From contig OZ024742.1 of NCBI GenBank assembly GCA_964016885.1, positions 41,726,001 to 41,790,000 on the forward strand: a stretch of DNA of 64,000 bases, read 5' to 3'. A program made the position numbers and the translations under genes. A model generated the notes under the pieces. The model worked only from the letters and a program-made list of their open reading frames with translations, was not told the DNA's origin and did not search any database. Source of the stretch: Eledone cirrhosa (Eukaryota). Shown piece after piece: positions 26,826 to 41,524 of this stretch. Each line of letters opens with the position of its first letter. Position 1 is the stretch's first letter.

Positions 26826-27764
26826 AATCCAAACGAACTGAAAAAAAGTAGTTAATATAAATTTAAAAAATCATATATAAATTAACAATATAACTTACCA
26901 AAACGAGAAAACTGTTTTGATGATAAACGACGAAATACAGGAGGAAGATTCGAAAGCAAAACGATAAATAAACGTGCAAACAAAATGGCGGATGCTTTTG
27001 AGCAACAATTACTCTCGTTGGTTGATTAGCCAATAAGACGATACATTACAAAACATGTTTGGCACGCGATCACCACGGCCAGCGACACGCCTTGTATTTT
27101 TTATTCACAAGCTACGCATATATGTCACACACATCACAGACACACAGACTGAAACATTCTGTTGTTAGTCACTGTGTGTCTTAACAGATATATTTTGGTT
27201 AACGAGGTTTTTTTTTTTCACGAAATATAAAAATATGCAACTCTGAGGTCTCTCCGGTTCAGTAGATTTGTGATGAAAGTCATCTAAGGAATGACAATCA
27301 TATCCTGTCCTTTATACATACATATATATATATACACATACATACATATTTTACAGTCGATCCACTTTCATCAAATCAGACCGAAGAAACAATGTTTCCA
27401 TTGGTCTTTCAAATTGCTAATACTCTCTATCGGTCGCAACTCCAGATAGAAGGAGCAACGTGAAATAAAGTGTCTTGCTCAAGGACATAACGCATTGCCC
27501 GGTCCGGGAATCAAACTCACAACCTCACGATTGCAAATACATAGATATATATAGATATAGTGAAAATCTATGCTGCCGAGATCGGATAGACCACAAATCA
27601 GGGTACTACTCTAAGAAATGTTCCTACTTGCGAGGCAACGCAGTCGGGTTTATTAAATTATGTTTGATGATAATGCCCACGAGAATGAAATTCTGGCAGA
27701 TAATTGAATATGATATTTCCCTATTATTCTGTTCTCCATCAGTTCTACCGTGTATGTGTGTTGG

Positions 27765-27930
27765 TATTCGGTAGAGGGTCAGACGCTATGCTTTGCAGCA
27801 TAGAGTTGCGGTCTGAGTTCAAATCCAGCCGAGGTTAACTTTGCCTTTCATCCTTACGGGGGTCGATAAAATGAAGTACCAGTAATGCACTGGAATAATT
27901 GCTGGCTTTGTGATAAAAGTAGAAACAGGT
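27765..27930 (+). mobile_element. Family-A SINE
   Basis: Matches the 578-758 consensus. Confidence 0.85.
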
Positions 27931-28139
27931 ATTATGCATGGAGATTGCCAAATTTCTTTGATACTTCAAATAGACTTAAAATGAAAGAAAGACTGTGTGT
28001 TGTTTAACTAAGATATTGTTTAATACAATGTGATAGTGACTTCACCGCGTTGAGAGTTTACATATAGGATATCTTGCCATTGCTTAGGTGCCTGGCCTGA
28101 GATCCAGGCCACCTTGTATACACAAGTTAGTCAGAGAAT

Positions 28140-28500
28140 ACCTTCTATATTTCCCCAATGGCCTTGCCACATTTGAGCTCCTTAATTGTTTCTGTGACCT
28201 CTGCCTCTGCGAGATTGGTAACCATTCCCAGATGCATTCCGCGTACATCTGAAGATGATATGATTAGATTTAGGAGATCAGCAAAGAATTCACTCAACCT
28301 CACGAGAATACATTTCTCTGAAGAGAGCAGAACCCCAGATGCGTTCTTGATAGTGGGTGTGGAGGAGGCCTTATTATGAAGTCGGCGTATGGTTTGCCAG
28401 AACACTTTATTTGGTGGTCTAAAGTCGGATTCCTGCTTAACCCCAAAGTGTCTTAATTTTGAACACCTTTACTATCTCTGCTGTGACTATCAAGTAAGCA
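28140..28500 (-). mobile_element. RTE LINE fragment, second family
   Basis: FWQTIRRL...ILVRLSEFFADLLN...EVTETIKELKCGKAIG, the pre-RT region of RTE ORFs. Confidence 0.75.
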
Positions 28501-28639
28501 GAAGTTGCTAGATTGAAAATACATATAAGCCCATCGAGTGTGTGTGTGTGTACAGTTGCAGAAAAGTGTATCGGAAATGACATGGATGTCCTATTACGAA
28601 TGAATGAAGAGCATAAATGAGACAGTGATGCAAAATAAC

Positions 28640-29430
28640 AGCAGTATGATAGACAAAAGAATTATGGATATGAGGGTAAGGAAGGCAGTTGGACCATCCA
28701 GTATAGTTAACCAAGATGCTAAAAATATCCACCATTGTAGTTTCCAAATTAGGCTTACATATAATTAATGAAGTAGTACATGATGGTGTCATACATAATC
28801 ACTGGCACAGCAGTGTCATTGTGAACTGCTACAAGGGTAAAGGAGATGCACTAGAGAAGTAACTACAGGGGCATCAAGTTAATGACCAAGGTCATGAAAG
28901 TTACTGAAAGGGTTATAGCACAACTAATTAAAGATAGAGTTAAGTTAAATGAGATGCAATTCAGTTTTATGCTAAGCTAAGAGTACTTCTGATGCTCTTT
29001 TTCTGGTGAGACAACTGCAGAAGTACTTGGTTAAGAGAAAGCCACTGTACCTGGCATTTGTAGATATGAAGAAGGCCTTCGACAGAGTCCCTTCTAATGT
29101 AATCTGGTGGGCACTAAGGAAGCTATGTTTAGATGAATGGCTTATGAGCGCCACACAAGCTGTGTATAGGGGTGCGACCAGCAGGGTGAGAATTGGCAAC
29201 AAGTACAGTGATGAATTTGAAGTGCAGATGAGGCTCCATCAGCCCACTTCTATTTATCATTGCCCTTTGGGCCATTATGGAGAAGTTGAAAACTTGCACA
29301 AATAAAAAGAAAGGCAGGAAACCATTACCATCAGGGAAATTGACTTGTTCTGCTTGAGCACTGACCAGACTGTGACAACTAATCCAACCCTTGCTAGTAA
29401 CGAAAACAGACATTAAAGGATGATGATGTA
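28640..29430 (+). mobile_element. Decayed RTE LINE (PHD family) in ZNF-D intron 1
   Basis: LYLAFVDMKKAFDRVP, PSGK and (ATG)n tail; several deletions. Confidence 0.85.
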
Positions 29431-29976
29431 ATATACATATACAGATGGAAACAGTTTTGATCTAACAGTCCTGTTCCTCCTATCTAATAACCTTTCTCTT
29501 AACTGTTCATTGTCGTTTCTACCTTATATTTTTTGTTTCAGGGTTTGTGGTGACAAATGTTGATTCAAGATTTATCAGGAAATTTGTCAGATTCTGAAAC
29601 CAGAAAACTCACATTATCAAGGACAGATATAACTGTTCTCTGTAACTTTGATTTTAATTGAAGTTATAGAAAGGTTCTAAAAGCAACATTTAACATGAAG
29701 AATCTGCTGGTTCATGTGATATGTCTTTCATACTTGGATATATCGTGAGAACTGCAGTCAGTTTAAATATTTTTAATTTCAAGAAACTGTCATAATAAAA
29801 ACATCTTGAAACTATTTCTTTATAACTGAGATATTTACAGATTTGATCAAATATCATATTTTACTACCAGAGGAAGTATATCCAAACTTTAGAGTTTATC
29901 AGAAAGTTTCAGAGAATTTATTTTTCTGCATAAAGCATTTGAAAATAATTTTTTAAAATATAGTTTTGAGAAAATT

Positions 29977-31089
29977 ATGGAGGATAAACTGTGTGGAAGT
30001 TCTGTTTGTGATGAAATAAATTCTGAACCTAATGACATATCTCATGATACCTATGGAGATATAAAGAAGAAATCATATGCATTTGACATTGATAAAAAGA
30101 TAGTCATACAATCTAATACTGTATTTAAGAAAAAATTAGTTCACAGAGGCTCAAAACTTAAATATATAAAACTTCACAGTAAAAGAATTACTAAAAATAG
30201 TTCTTTGTCTTTGCATAAAAATGTTTGTAAAACTGATAAAGTTTACCAATGCGGAATTTGTGGTAAAAGTTTCACTGATAGCGGTAATTTGACCAAGCAT
30301 AAACGTATTCACACTGGTGAAAAACCATACCACTGTGATATTTGTGGTAGAGCATTCTCTCAACAAGCTCATTTGACTAAACATAAATATACTCACTCAG
30401 GTGAGAAACCATATCACTGTGATATCTGTGATAAAGCATTCTCTGAAAAAAGTGAATTAGCTGATCACATACGTACTCACACAGGAGAGAAACCCTACGA
30501 ATGTGGTATTTGTGCTAAGACATTTTCTCGAAAGGCTTATTTGAAAAGACACAAATATATTCACACACAGGAAAAACCATTCCACTGTGATGTGTGTGGA
30601 AAAACTTTCTCTCAAAGAGGTAATATGAATGTTCATAAACGCGCTCATACTGGTGAGAAACCACACCACTGTGAAATCTGTGGGAAAACTTTTTCTGAAT
30701 ATAATTATTTGACTCGTCACCATCAAGTTCACACAGGAGACAAACCATACCACTGTGATGTCTGTGGGAAAACATTCTCTGGAAGTACTGGATTAACTAG
30801 ACATATACGCTTGCATACAGGTGAGAAACCATACCACTGTGACATCTGTGGTAAAACATTCTCTCAGAGAGGTCATTTAACTCAACACGTGCGTGTTCAC
30901 ACAGGTGAGAATCCATACAACTGTGATATCTGTGGTAAAACATTCTCTCAGAGAGGTCATTTAAGACTTCATATACGTGGTCACACAGGTGAGAGACCAT
31001 ATAGATGTGATATTTGTGGTAAATCATATGCTGATAATCAGAGTTTAACTCGTCACAAACCTATTCACACAGGTGGGAAACCATCATGA
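29977..31089 (+). CDS. C2H2 zinc-finger protein D (10 fingers)
   Basis: 370-aa ORF; N-terminus almost identical to ZNF-C; remnant of an 11th finger follows the stop (31090-31135). Confidence 0.93.
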   Translation: MEDKLCGSSVCDEINSEPNDISHDTYGDIKKKSYAFDIDKKIVIQSNTVFKKKLVHRGSKLKYIKLHSKRITKNSSLSLHKNVCKTDKVYQCGICGKSFTDSGNLTKHKRIHTGEKPYHCDICGRAFSQQAHLTKHKYTHSGEKPYHCDICDKAFSEKSELADHIRTHTGEKPYECGICAKTFSRKAYLKRHKYIHTQEKPFHCDVCGKTFSQRGNMNVHKRAHTGEKPHHCEICGKTFSEYNYLTRHHQVHTGDKPYHCDVCGKTFSGSTGLTRHIRLHTGEKPYHCDICGKTFSQRGHLTQHVRVHTGENPYNCDICGKTFSQRGHLRLHIRGHTGERPYRCDICGKSYADNQSLTRHKPIHTGGKPS

Positions 31090-32366
31090 TATCCAAGAAG
31101 AATCATTCACTAAAAATTATAGTTTGACTCATTAGAAACAAATCTTATGTAATATCACAGAAACTAAATGAAAGCAGTGATCCTATAATGTTATGTTACT
31201 TGTATTATTTGAGAATATTTTGTAACATTTCAATTATAAATCACCCTGTTGTAATATTTACTACTTCTTAACTTTCTAAAAAAATCTGTTTTATATCATA
31301 TACCAGCTAGATGTACATTGTTGAGAAAGTCTTCAGTAAAATGATTCGTGTATAGGCATGTCTGTGTGATCAAGAAGTTCACTTTGCAAATATCTCTCAA
31401 GTTTCAATCTCACTGTCCAACACCTTGGGCATCTTCTACTATATCTTCGAGGCAACTGAAACCTTGTGAACAAATTTGGTTAACAGGAACTGTGAGGAAA
31501 CCACTCATGAAAATCATTTTTACTTCTACTATTCTTTGCTGGCATGTGTTGGAAAGGATGTTTTAGAACCAATCTTTTAGTTACCTCTTATGACACATGC
31601 TAGATATATGTGTATGTGTGTTTATGTACACCTTCATATTGATGCTGTTTAAAGAAGTGATGTTTATATATGTCCTGCATAAACTATACATTCCAGCCAA
31701 CTAGTTTGAAGATGGGCAGTATATACCATATTTAAAAGTATAGTATCAATTGTTTCATCAAATCCAGTCAGGCATAGAGAAGTAAGTAGACATGATTATG
31801 ACAAAATCTTACTGACTTACAATATTTCCATATTAAAAAAAAAATTTTTTTCTTTCAGAAAAACATAAACTGGAGATTTTCTTATGATTGGGGGGGGGGG
31901 GGGGGGGGGTTTACTCTGTCTTTGCATGTGGCAGTGTTACCATTTATCTGATAGAAAGTTAGTGTAGATATGAAATGGAATTATTTATTATTAAATGATA
32001 TATAAATATGTGATCATATTAACTGGTTATACAGACATTTGTCACTATTTTGAAGTTATAAACAGTTGGCAGTTGTGTTTTATGACTGATGTCTTTTAAT
32101 TAAAATTGCAATAAATAATCTGGAATGGCTATTTCATTCGTTTCTGCAGTTGTAACTTTGTCTGTTTGGAAGAAGGATGATTTACTGTAAAAGTGTAAAT
32201 TTAATTGAAAGAATCTCTTTTAATAGAATTAAAAACATGTATTATAGCAGAGCATAACACTGGACTCTGTGAAAAAGATAACGTTTTGTCTTCGAATGCC
32301 AGACTGAAAAAAATATACAATGTCTCCGGGTTATACAACAAGGGTAGATAACTGCAAATAAAATTA

Positions 32367-32386
32367 TTTTACGAAAGTACGGCTGA
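32367..32386 (+). promoter_or_regulatory. Conserved upstream motif of ZNF-E
   Basis: ttttacgaaagtacggctga; candidate donor ctca|gtaagt at ~32539; acceptor tttcag|agtttgtgg at 34224. Confidence 0.55.
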
Positions 32387-32860
32387 TTATTAGATATATT
32401 ATTTAGGTTTACAGTTCTTGTGCCACAAATTGAAACAATTATTTACTATGGCTATATAAATATGTTTTATTTTTGTTAAAATTAACAGGTTCGTTCATCT
32501 GTCAACATTATTTCACTAAATAGTGAGAAAGACACTCAGTAAGTTGATCTGTTAAATATGATGCTTTAGTATTTAGTGTAAACACCTCCACTGTATATAT
32601 TGATGGTGAGCTGTTCTTTACATTCAGTTTTAATCTATACGTGTATTTGAAAAATAAACACCAGTATTGTTGAATTTTATAAACTATTTACCACCACTGT
32701 TCACGAAGTATTTATGAAGAATTGCGACCATTGGTGGTCTAGGGAGAGAGGGGCAGTGTTATTCTTTCTTTGTCAGTTGAGTGTCATTTCAACCAAATCA
32801 GCATGTCGCAAGTTTATCTTTTGACCATATGTGTGTATAAGTATGTATGTGCGCGCACAT

Positions 32861-32914
<54 letters not shown>

Positions 32915-33540
32915 TTGCACCCATAACTCCTAAGGTAGTCGTAGGGACACCGTATTGACATAGTGTTTCTATTACATTTTAAAACCCGTCGGAGCCCATC
33001 CAGTCTCCATGTGTATATATGTGTGTGTACGTAAGTTTAGAGTGTCAAGATGGTGAAATGACAAGTTGACTCAAATGTTTTTTTGTGCGGTTCAAGCACC
33101 AGCCGGGGTTGGGGGATAAAAAGCATGATGAGTCTGATGTCATGGATATATGACAAGTGTGGTGGAGTGAGTGACTAGGTGACCTGTGAAAGCATGGGAA
33201 ATACTATGATAACTGCTAAGCGATTATGTCTCGTTTGTTGGTATTAGAGTGGATGATGATCTTGGATAGATAATATAGGTGTTACGATTTACGAAGGGTG
33301 GTCATCCTGGATAGAATGGGTGTTCAGTGATTGTGAAAAAAGCTGCTAAGGATTGATAATGGAAGAATAGGCCATAAAGGTGTCACATCACATTTTATGT
33401 TGCAATTCTTACAATTCTTTTTAATTTCTGTTGTGAAGTTCAGCTTTTTAATGTTGGTCTTCACTACCACATCTCATGTTTCCATAGGCTGCTTCTTCTA
33501 CAAGTTCTATCTACTGTATGCAGTAGATAGAACTTGTAGA

Positions 33541-33940
33541 ATGGAGGCACATGGCTTAGTGGTTAGAGCATTGGCCTTGCAATCGAAAGGTTGTGAGTTC
33601 AATTCTCAGACCGGGTGGTGTGTTGTTTCTTTGAGCAAGACACTTTATTTCACATTGCTCCAGTTCACTCAGCTGTAGAAATGAGATGATAGGGACTGGG
33701 GTCCCTATCATCTCATTGATAGGGACTGGGGTCCCTATCATCTCAATGATAGGGACTGGGGTCCCTATCATTCCACTGCAAAGTAGTCGTGTAGGTGCCA
33801 TGGCAAAAAAGCACCCAGCACTCACTGTAAATGAGGTTGGTGTTAGGAAGGGCATCCAGCTGTAGAAATCAAGCCAGAATCAGTTCCCGTCCCACCCTTG
33901 CAAGCAGGGAAAAGCGGACGTAAAATGAAATGATGATGAT
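33541..33940 (+). mobile_element. tRNA-derived SINE, family B (RTE-tailed)
   Basis: A box tggcttagtggttagagc, B box gagttcaattctc, body ttgagcaagacacttt; 3' end cccacccttgcaagcagggaaaagcggacgtaaaatg identical to the RTE end at 12691-12727. Confidence 0.92.
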
Positions 33941-34399
33941 ACATATATAGTTATAGGGTCAAAGAAACAAAGAGATGAAAAATGGTAAAACCACAGTACC
34001 GTCTGAGATAGTCGCTGAGATGCTAAAAGTATCTGGGGAAGTAGGAGTTGAACTAGTCGCCCACAGAGTCAATAAGATAATACAGGATGGGGCCATGACT
34101 AGTGCAGCATAATAATAATTGCTACAAGGGAAAAAGTGATGTCTCTAGTGAAGTTCCTTCTCACTAATAATCTTCATGTTAACTGTTCATGGTTATTTCT
34201 ACTTTATATTTTTTTTATTTCAGAGTTTGTGGTGATTGTTGATTCAAGATATATCAAGAAATTTGTCAGATTTTGAAACCAGAAGTATGACATTGTCAAG
34301 AACTCAAATAACAGCTCACTATAACATTGATTATGTTGGTGAGAAATTTAAATTGTGGTTATAGAAAGATTATGCTACTGCAATATCTGTATGAAAACA

Positions 34400-35997
<1,598 letters not shown>

Positions 35998-36464
35998 AAT
36001 TATTTGGAAGAATTTGTACAAATTATTACTTCAAGAAACCATAATGGAATTCTTGTGAAATAACTAAGACAAATTTTCTAGAACAGGATAGAAAATTGAC
36101 AAAAGCTGTGTTTTCATACTTAGAATAACTTCATTGTTTTATCTCAGTCAAACATGAGCTGGAGATTTTCTTTAACTTTCTTTACAGAATGATATACATG
36201 GTAATGACCAGTTGACAGTTGTATTTTGTGACTGATGGGCGTTTGTGTCTTTGAATTAAAATTGTAATAAATAATCTGGTAAAGCTATTTTCATCATTTA
36301 TTTCTGCATTTGTTACTTTGTGTGTTTAGATGAAGGATGATTTGCTGTAAAAGTATAAATTTAATTGAAAGACACTCTCTTGTAAATTATTGCATTCAAA
36401 ATGTCACAGAATATGAAAACAAAATAGATATATAATATTCTAAAGTTGAGCTTTGATATTATCA

Positions 36465-36725
36465 TCATCATCATCATAATCGTTTGTTTTTCCATGCTTG
36501 CATGGGTTGGAAGGGCCCTTTTCAGCACAACATCTCTCCTTTTGCTGCGTTCCTTCGTCATTTCTGTGAGTCTCACCAATTTGAGATCAGCTCTCACCAC
36601 CTCTGCCCAGGTCTTTCTTGGTCTACCGCTACTGCAGCTTCCTTCCACTGGGATTCCTGGCACTTCTTCACCCAACGATCATCATCTATGCACATCACAT
36701 CTGTATGAACATAGTCTTTTCTCTT
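36465..36725 (-). mobile_element. RTE LINE 3' fragment
   Basis: VEGSCSSGRPRKTWAEVVRADLK and (CAT)n tail. Confidence 0.85.
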
Positions 36726-37690
36726 GCACACCACTGAGGGCCACAGTACCAGGTTTGTGGCCAAGGTGACTACGTTGGAGGCGGAGAACACATCACAGCG
36801 TATGGTGTCCCAGATGTGGGATTTACGTCCTTCAAATGGGAAGAGGATAATTCCTTTTGGGCGTGAGGCCTGCTGGCTCCAGTTGTGTCCAGGCACCATC
36901 TCAATGTGTCATTGAGAGCGATATATCAGAGGAACTGGCCTTCACTCTGGCAGCAAGCCAAACTCAGCCCCACAAGGTTATTTGTGTGGCTCACACACGC
37001 GGAGGGTTAGGCATTGGGCCACTCCAGTGCATTTGTCATCAAGAAGGGCACTGAATTGAGCCACACACTGCTGTTTGATTGCAAAACAAATCGGAGGCAG
37101 GTGAGGTGGTGTTCGTCTAAGCCTTACTTGATCTGCCTGAAGGAAGACTTGCACTTGATGTCATCCCAATTACATTAGATATTTGTATACTGGGGGACAG
37201 AGAGGCCTTGGCCTATCTAGTTGGCCAGAGCCTGCTCAAGTTCTGGGGCAATGTCAGGTTTAGCTGTCATGCTGAGGACCTCGCTGACGAGAGTGCAACT
37301 GGAGGAGATTGTAGAGAGGTAGGCTGGCAGTGCCAGATCCAAAGCGAATTGGAGGCCAAGGCCGTCGAGCCTTGCTAGGAGTTTCATCTGTTGCGAGCTG
37401 GTGCTGTGAAAACTACCAACGTCGGATGGTGGCATCAAATTCACCAAGGTAATCTGCATGGGCGTGACAAGGTGCACCGTACAGCATAAACAAATATTTT
37501 GGAAGAGCGAAACTTCCTCAAGAGAAAGAGTGCCAGGTGAGTGTCAATGAGGTGCAGCCTCTCTGCCATTCACAACAGGTCTGCATATTTGGTCTCCAAG
37601 CACTCTTGTATGGCTTTCGAGAGAATTGGAGAGCCAAGAATGCAGATGCCACCATTAAACCTGAGCTGAGCCCTGGACAAGATGGGGTGG
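36725..37690 (-). mobile_element. CRE-like non-LTR retrotransposon fragment (RT thumb plus RLE)
   Basis: ILGSPI, ARLDGLGLQFALDLALPAYLS, RPKGIILFPFEGRKSHIWD motifs. Confidence 0.8.
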
Positions 37691-38041
37691 ATGCTAAATA
37701 TGGAATTTACGGTTAGAAGGGTTTAGAATATCATTTATTGTATGAATAGAACTAGAAATGTGTAAATTAGCATTGTCTATATATATATATATAATTTAAA
37801 TGAGGTTGATCCTGTAACTGGTGATATATTGATATAAATGAGAAAGAGAACTGAGCTCAAAATATTGCCTTGGGAGACACTACTTACAACTCAATAAAAT
37901 CAAACTCTATTAGATAAATAATTTTTGATTCATCTTCATATTTTATTTCATGAATAATAATGAAAATTATTGTGCACAGTGCTCAGGTGCACTACAACTC
38001 ATCAAAAAAGGTAGCCATAAGTTCATGTATAATACATGGAA

Positions 38042-38235
38042 TAATTGTTTCTACTTTTTAGCACAAGGCCAGCAATTACCCCCAGTGCATTACTGGTGTT
38101 TTATTTTATCAACCCTGTAAGGATTAAAGGCAAAGTTAACCTCAGCGGGATTTGAACTCAGAACGTAAAGGGCCATAACTCTATGCTGCAAAGCATGGTG
38201 TCTGACGCTCTACTGATACTGCCAATCCATCGCTC
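38042..38235 (-). mobile_element. Family-A SINE
   Basis: Reverse complement of the consensus. Confidence 0.88.
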
Positions 38236-38789
38236 TAATACATAGAACGTACAAAAGTCAAGAAAGTGAACAGTCTTTTCCAGCTCTTACGATTTGCTCT
38301 CTTTGGGGTCTCAGGATATGCAACCATTGTGTGTCCATCCCACGCCTCCCAGGACAAGTTGCAGGTCTATTGCCAGTTTTTTCAGCATGAAATGGAGACT
38401 GCAATATATTTTTTGAACAGGCCCCTCTACCTAATGCCTGGACATGTCCCTTGCTAACCCATGTGAAGGACAGTGCGGTATGGTTTTTCTTTCTTTTCTT
38501 CATTATATTGCAGTTTCAATAGTCTTATTCAAACCCACGAAGACTAGATTTATTGAGAGGAGGTCTTTACTCGCCTCATCATAGCTACACCACTGGGTTG
38601 TGAGAGTTTTCTTGGGAGCCACAGGTGTCACTCTTTGCTCCATCTCACCTAGCTGTTGGTCCGGGGTTGCTTATTCGTCTAGCAGTTGTTCGCTTATATC
38701 GCAACTAGCCACCATATCTGGTGGCCGTATTGCTATCTGACACCTGCAAACCGTTCTCTAGCAGAACAGCTTTGTACATGAACAGGAAG

Positions 38790-39590
38790 TGGTATCATGA
38801 CTTGTGGGTGTAAAATCAGTCAGCTGAAATTTGCAGATGACATGATGTTACTCAACTTGACAGAAGATGATCTTCGACTTGCACTTGATAGGTTTGATGC
38901 CAAGTGCTGCATGGCTGGAATAAAAATCAGTGCTGCAAAAACTGAGACACGTGTTCTCCCAAGGAAGCCTGCGCAGTTCATATTACATGTGAATAGAGTT
39001 CCACTGAAGCAGGTAGAGAAGTTCAAAGTCTTGGAGCCGTGTTCACGAATGATGGCAGGCAGGAGGCTGAATTAAGTGCAAGAATTGCAAAAGCTGACAG
39101 TAATACGCCAGCTTCAGTATTCAGTAATTAGAAGGGAGGTAGGCATAAAAGCCAAACTCGCTGTCTTCAATTCGGTTTTCGTGCCAACCCTTACCTATGG
39201 TCATGAATCCTGTGTAATGAATGAAAGAATATGATTACAAATACAAGCGGCCGAAATGGGATTCCTCTAAAGGGTCTTTGGAGTAAAGTTACTCGATAAA
39301 GTGCATAGCTCGTAGATCAGAGAGCCGCTACTTCTCCGAATTGAGAGATCACAGCTCTGATACTATGGGCATGTGGTTAGAATGTCTGAGGAAAGAATCG
39401 GTGGACAGATTTTACGGGCAAAACCAACAAGTAGGAGATCTAGGGGCAGACCTCGAGCAAAATGGTTGGATAACATCCATTTGCTTGGAGATCCAGCTAG
39501 ATCAGTTGGAGATGGTTGCTTCTAACAGGATCCACTAGAGGGAGTGTTTGAGGACTCTGCCCCTCTCAGTAATAAGTTGGCGAAGAAGAG
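38790..39590 (+). mobile_element. RTE LINE 3' part, second family (no PHD)
   Basis: FADD, GIKISAAKTE, LKQVEKFK, LTYGHES, YYGHVVRM; gaagaaga tail; further pieces at 60762-61010 (+) and ~51810-52050 (-). Confidence 0.85.
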
Positions 39591-39663
39591 TATGTATATA
39601 TATATATATACATGCTAGTGTATGTATATATATATGTATATATATATATATATATATATTAAT

Positions 39664-39913
39664 ACATGGAAACTATCTTTATAAAACCATATTTATTTTA
39701 TTATATATATTTCAAGGGTACCAAAATTTTGGCACGCCCTCATCCATCAGATAAAATACAAATGTTGTTTTACAGATAGTGACATATCCAAAAACAAGAA
39801 CTTATCGTTTTAAGTTCTGTTTGAATAGTGTATTTTATCTGAGAGCGTGCCAAAATTTTGGTACCCTTGAAATATATATATAATAAATATGGTTTTATAA
39901 AGACAGTTTCCAT
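39664..39913. repeat. Long inverted repeat (~90-bp arms)
   Basis: atggaaactatctttataaaacc...ggcacgc / gcgtgccaaaattttggtaccc...agacagtttccat. Confidence 0.85.
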
Positions 39914-41524
39914 TTATTGATATTATTGATATTTTACTCCAGAAGAAATCTTGTAGAGTGCTTCGAATCTGTTATAAATAAATTCGTTGATAACCAACAA
40001 ATTAAATAACTCATTGCTTATATATATATGTGTGTGTGCAGGGCACATGCAATGGATCCAACGACTTGTTAAGGCAGAGAAGCCCAAAATGCTTTATAAC
40101 GTTTTTTCATGGAATTAAATCTAGATATGTATTTAATAAAATTAATTGCTAAAAACTAATCGTTGCTTATTTATTTTCAGAGTTTGCAGCGAAAGCATTT
40201 AGTAGTTTCTCTGCTATTCTCACTGGAAGGGCGAAGTGCCCGAAATGTGAAAATGTTTATTTAACGAACTCTCCTACGAAAAAAGATTAATATTTCACTA
40301 CATCCTCAAAAGCCACATTTTTCTATATTCAAACAGTTTGGAAACAGCCACAAGTTGTGTCCCCTTTCATCCACATTCCCGTCTCTTAACATACAACTGA
40401 CTTTTTGATGCTCCTTGTTTTATAAAGTAAGTGAATTTTGCCCCACTTTCTGATTTACACAAACTTATTTATTTAATCTTAACTTTTACTTATTTCAGTT
40501 TGGGAAATATTGTCTTAATCTAAAAAATCGCTTATTTAAAAAAATACTTTCTGCATTGAAATATATATTATATGTACTCATTTGATTTTTGTAATTAATA
40601 TTAATTAAAAATGAAAATATGGTTTTTAAAAAAATCCAATTATTATCTATATAAGAAAATTGCAACATTGTATTTTTAATATTAATCGTTCAACACCATT
40701 ACGAAGCCCCGAGTTGTAACCACGTGTACTGTTAATCAGAATTTGAATGAATGCAACAGTGTTCAAACACAATTTCTTATCGTTAATTCGGAGTAATTAG
40801 TTTGTTTGGCATATCTCAACTTTCTTCTCTTGCCTCTTATATATAGTAACTATTTTACCTACTAGTATTTTTAAGTTGAAAATCACAAAAATTAGCTCTA
40901 TTAAATAAAAACATCAGCGTTATTTTTATCTTTTTCAAAAAAGCCCAGCTTTATCATGAGTTACTTCTTAGATTAGCTACATGAAAAGGTCGATGTGTTG
41001 TTTAAAAAATATTAGTATATCGAAAGTTAAATGAATTAAATAAGCACGTGTTCAACTGTTGCACGTGTATAAAATTAGAGACAATCCAGTTTTTATGGGA
41101 TTGCTTAACTTGCTGTAAATAGCAGCCAAATTTCTACAAATCGAAAGAAAAAAGGGGGCATTGAATTTGTTGCCCAGTTTAGTAGTACCACCTGGCCCTT
41201 GTGTGATTTTAGCTCATTGATTCTTTTACAAGCATTCCCACAAGGTTTTGATCTGAGTCCCCCCCCCCCCCCTCTTCCATCTGGGGGACCTCTGCAAAAA
41301 TCATGGTTGCTGTTCGTGTAACTAACACATCTAAAAAAGAAATTAAAAAACAGGAGCGTCACGCTAAGATCATAGACCAGACTTGATTATTACTGAGAAT
41401 AAACGGTATTATTATATAACACTGGAGGACGGTAGATTGACAGAATCGGTAGAGCGTCGGACATGGTTAGATACCAGCTTCGAACCATTAAGCTCAGGAA
41501 CTGTGACAACTCTTACCATCTTAT

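Noticed and set aside
33701-33712. tetO-like TCCCTATCA suggesting vector contamination
   Set aside because: Only a half-site, part of a SINE hairpin found in four genomic copies.
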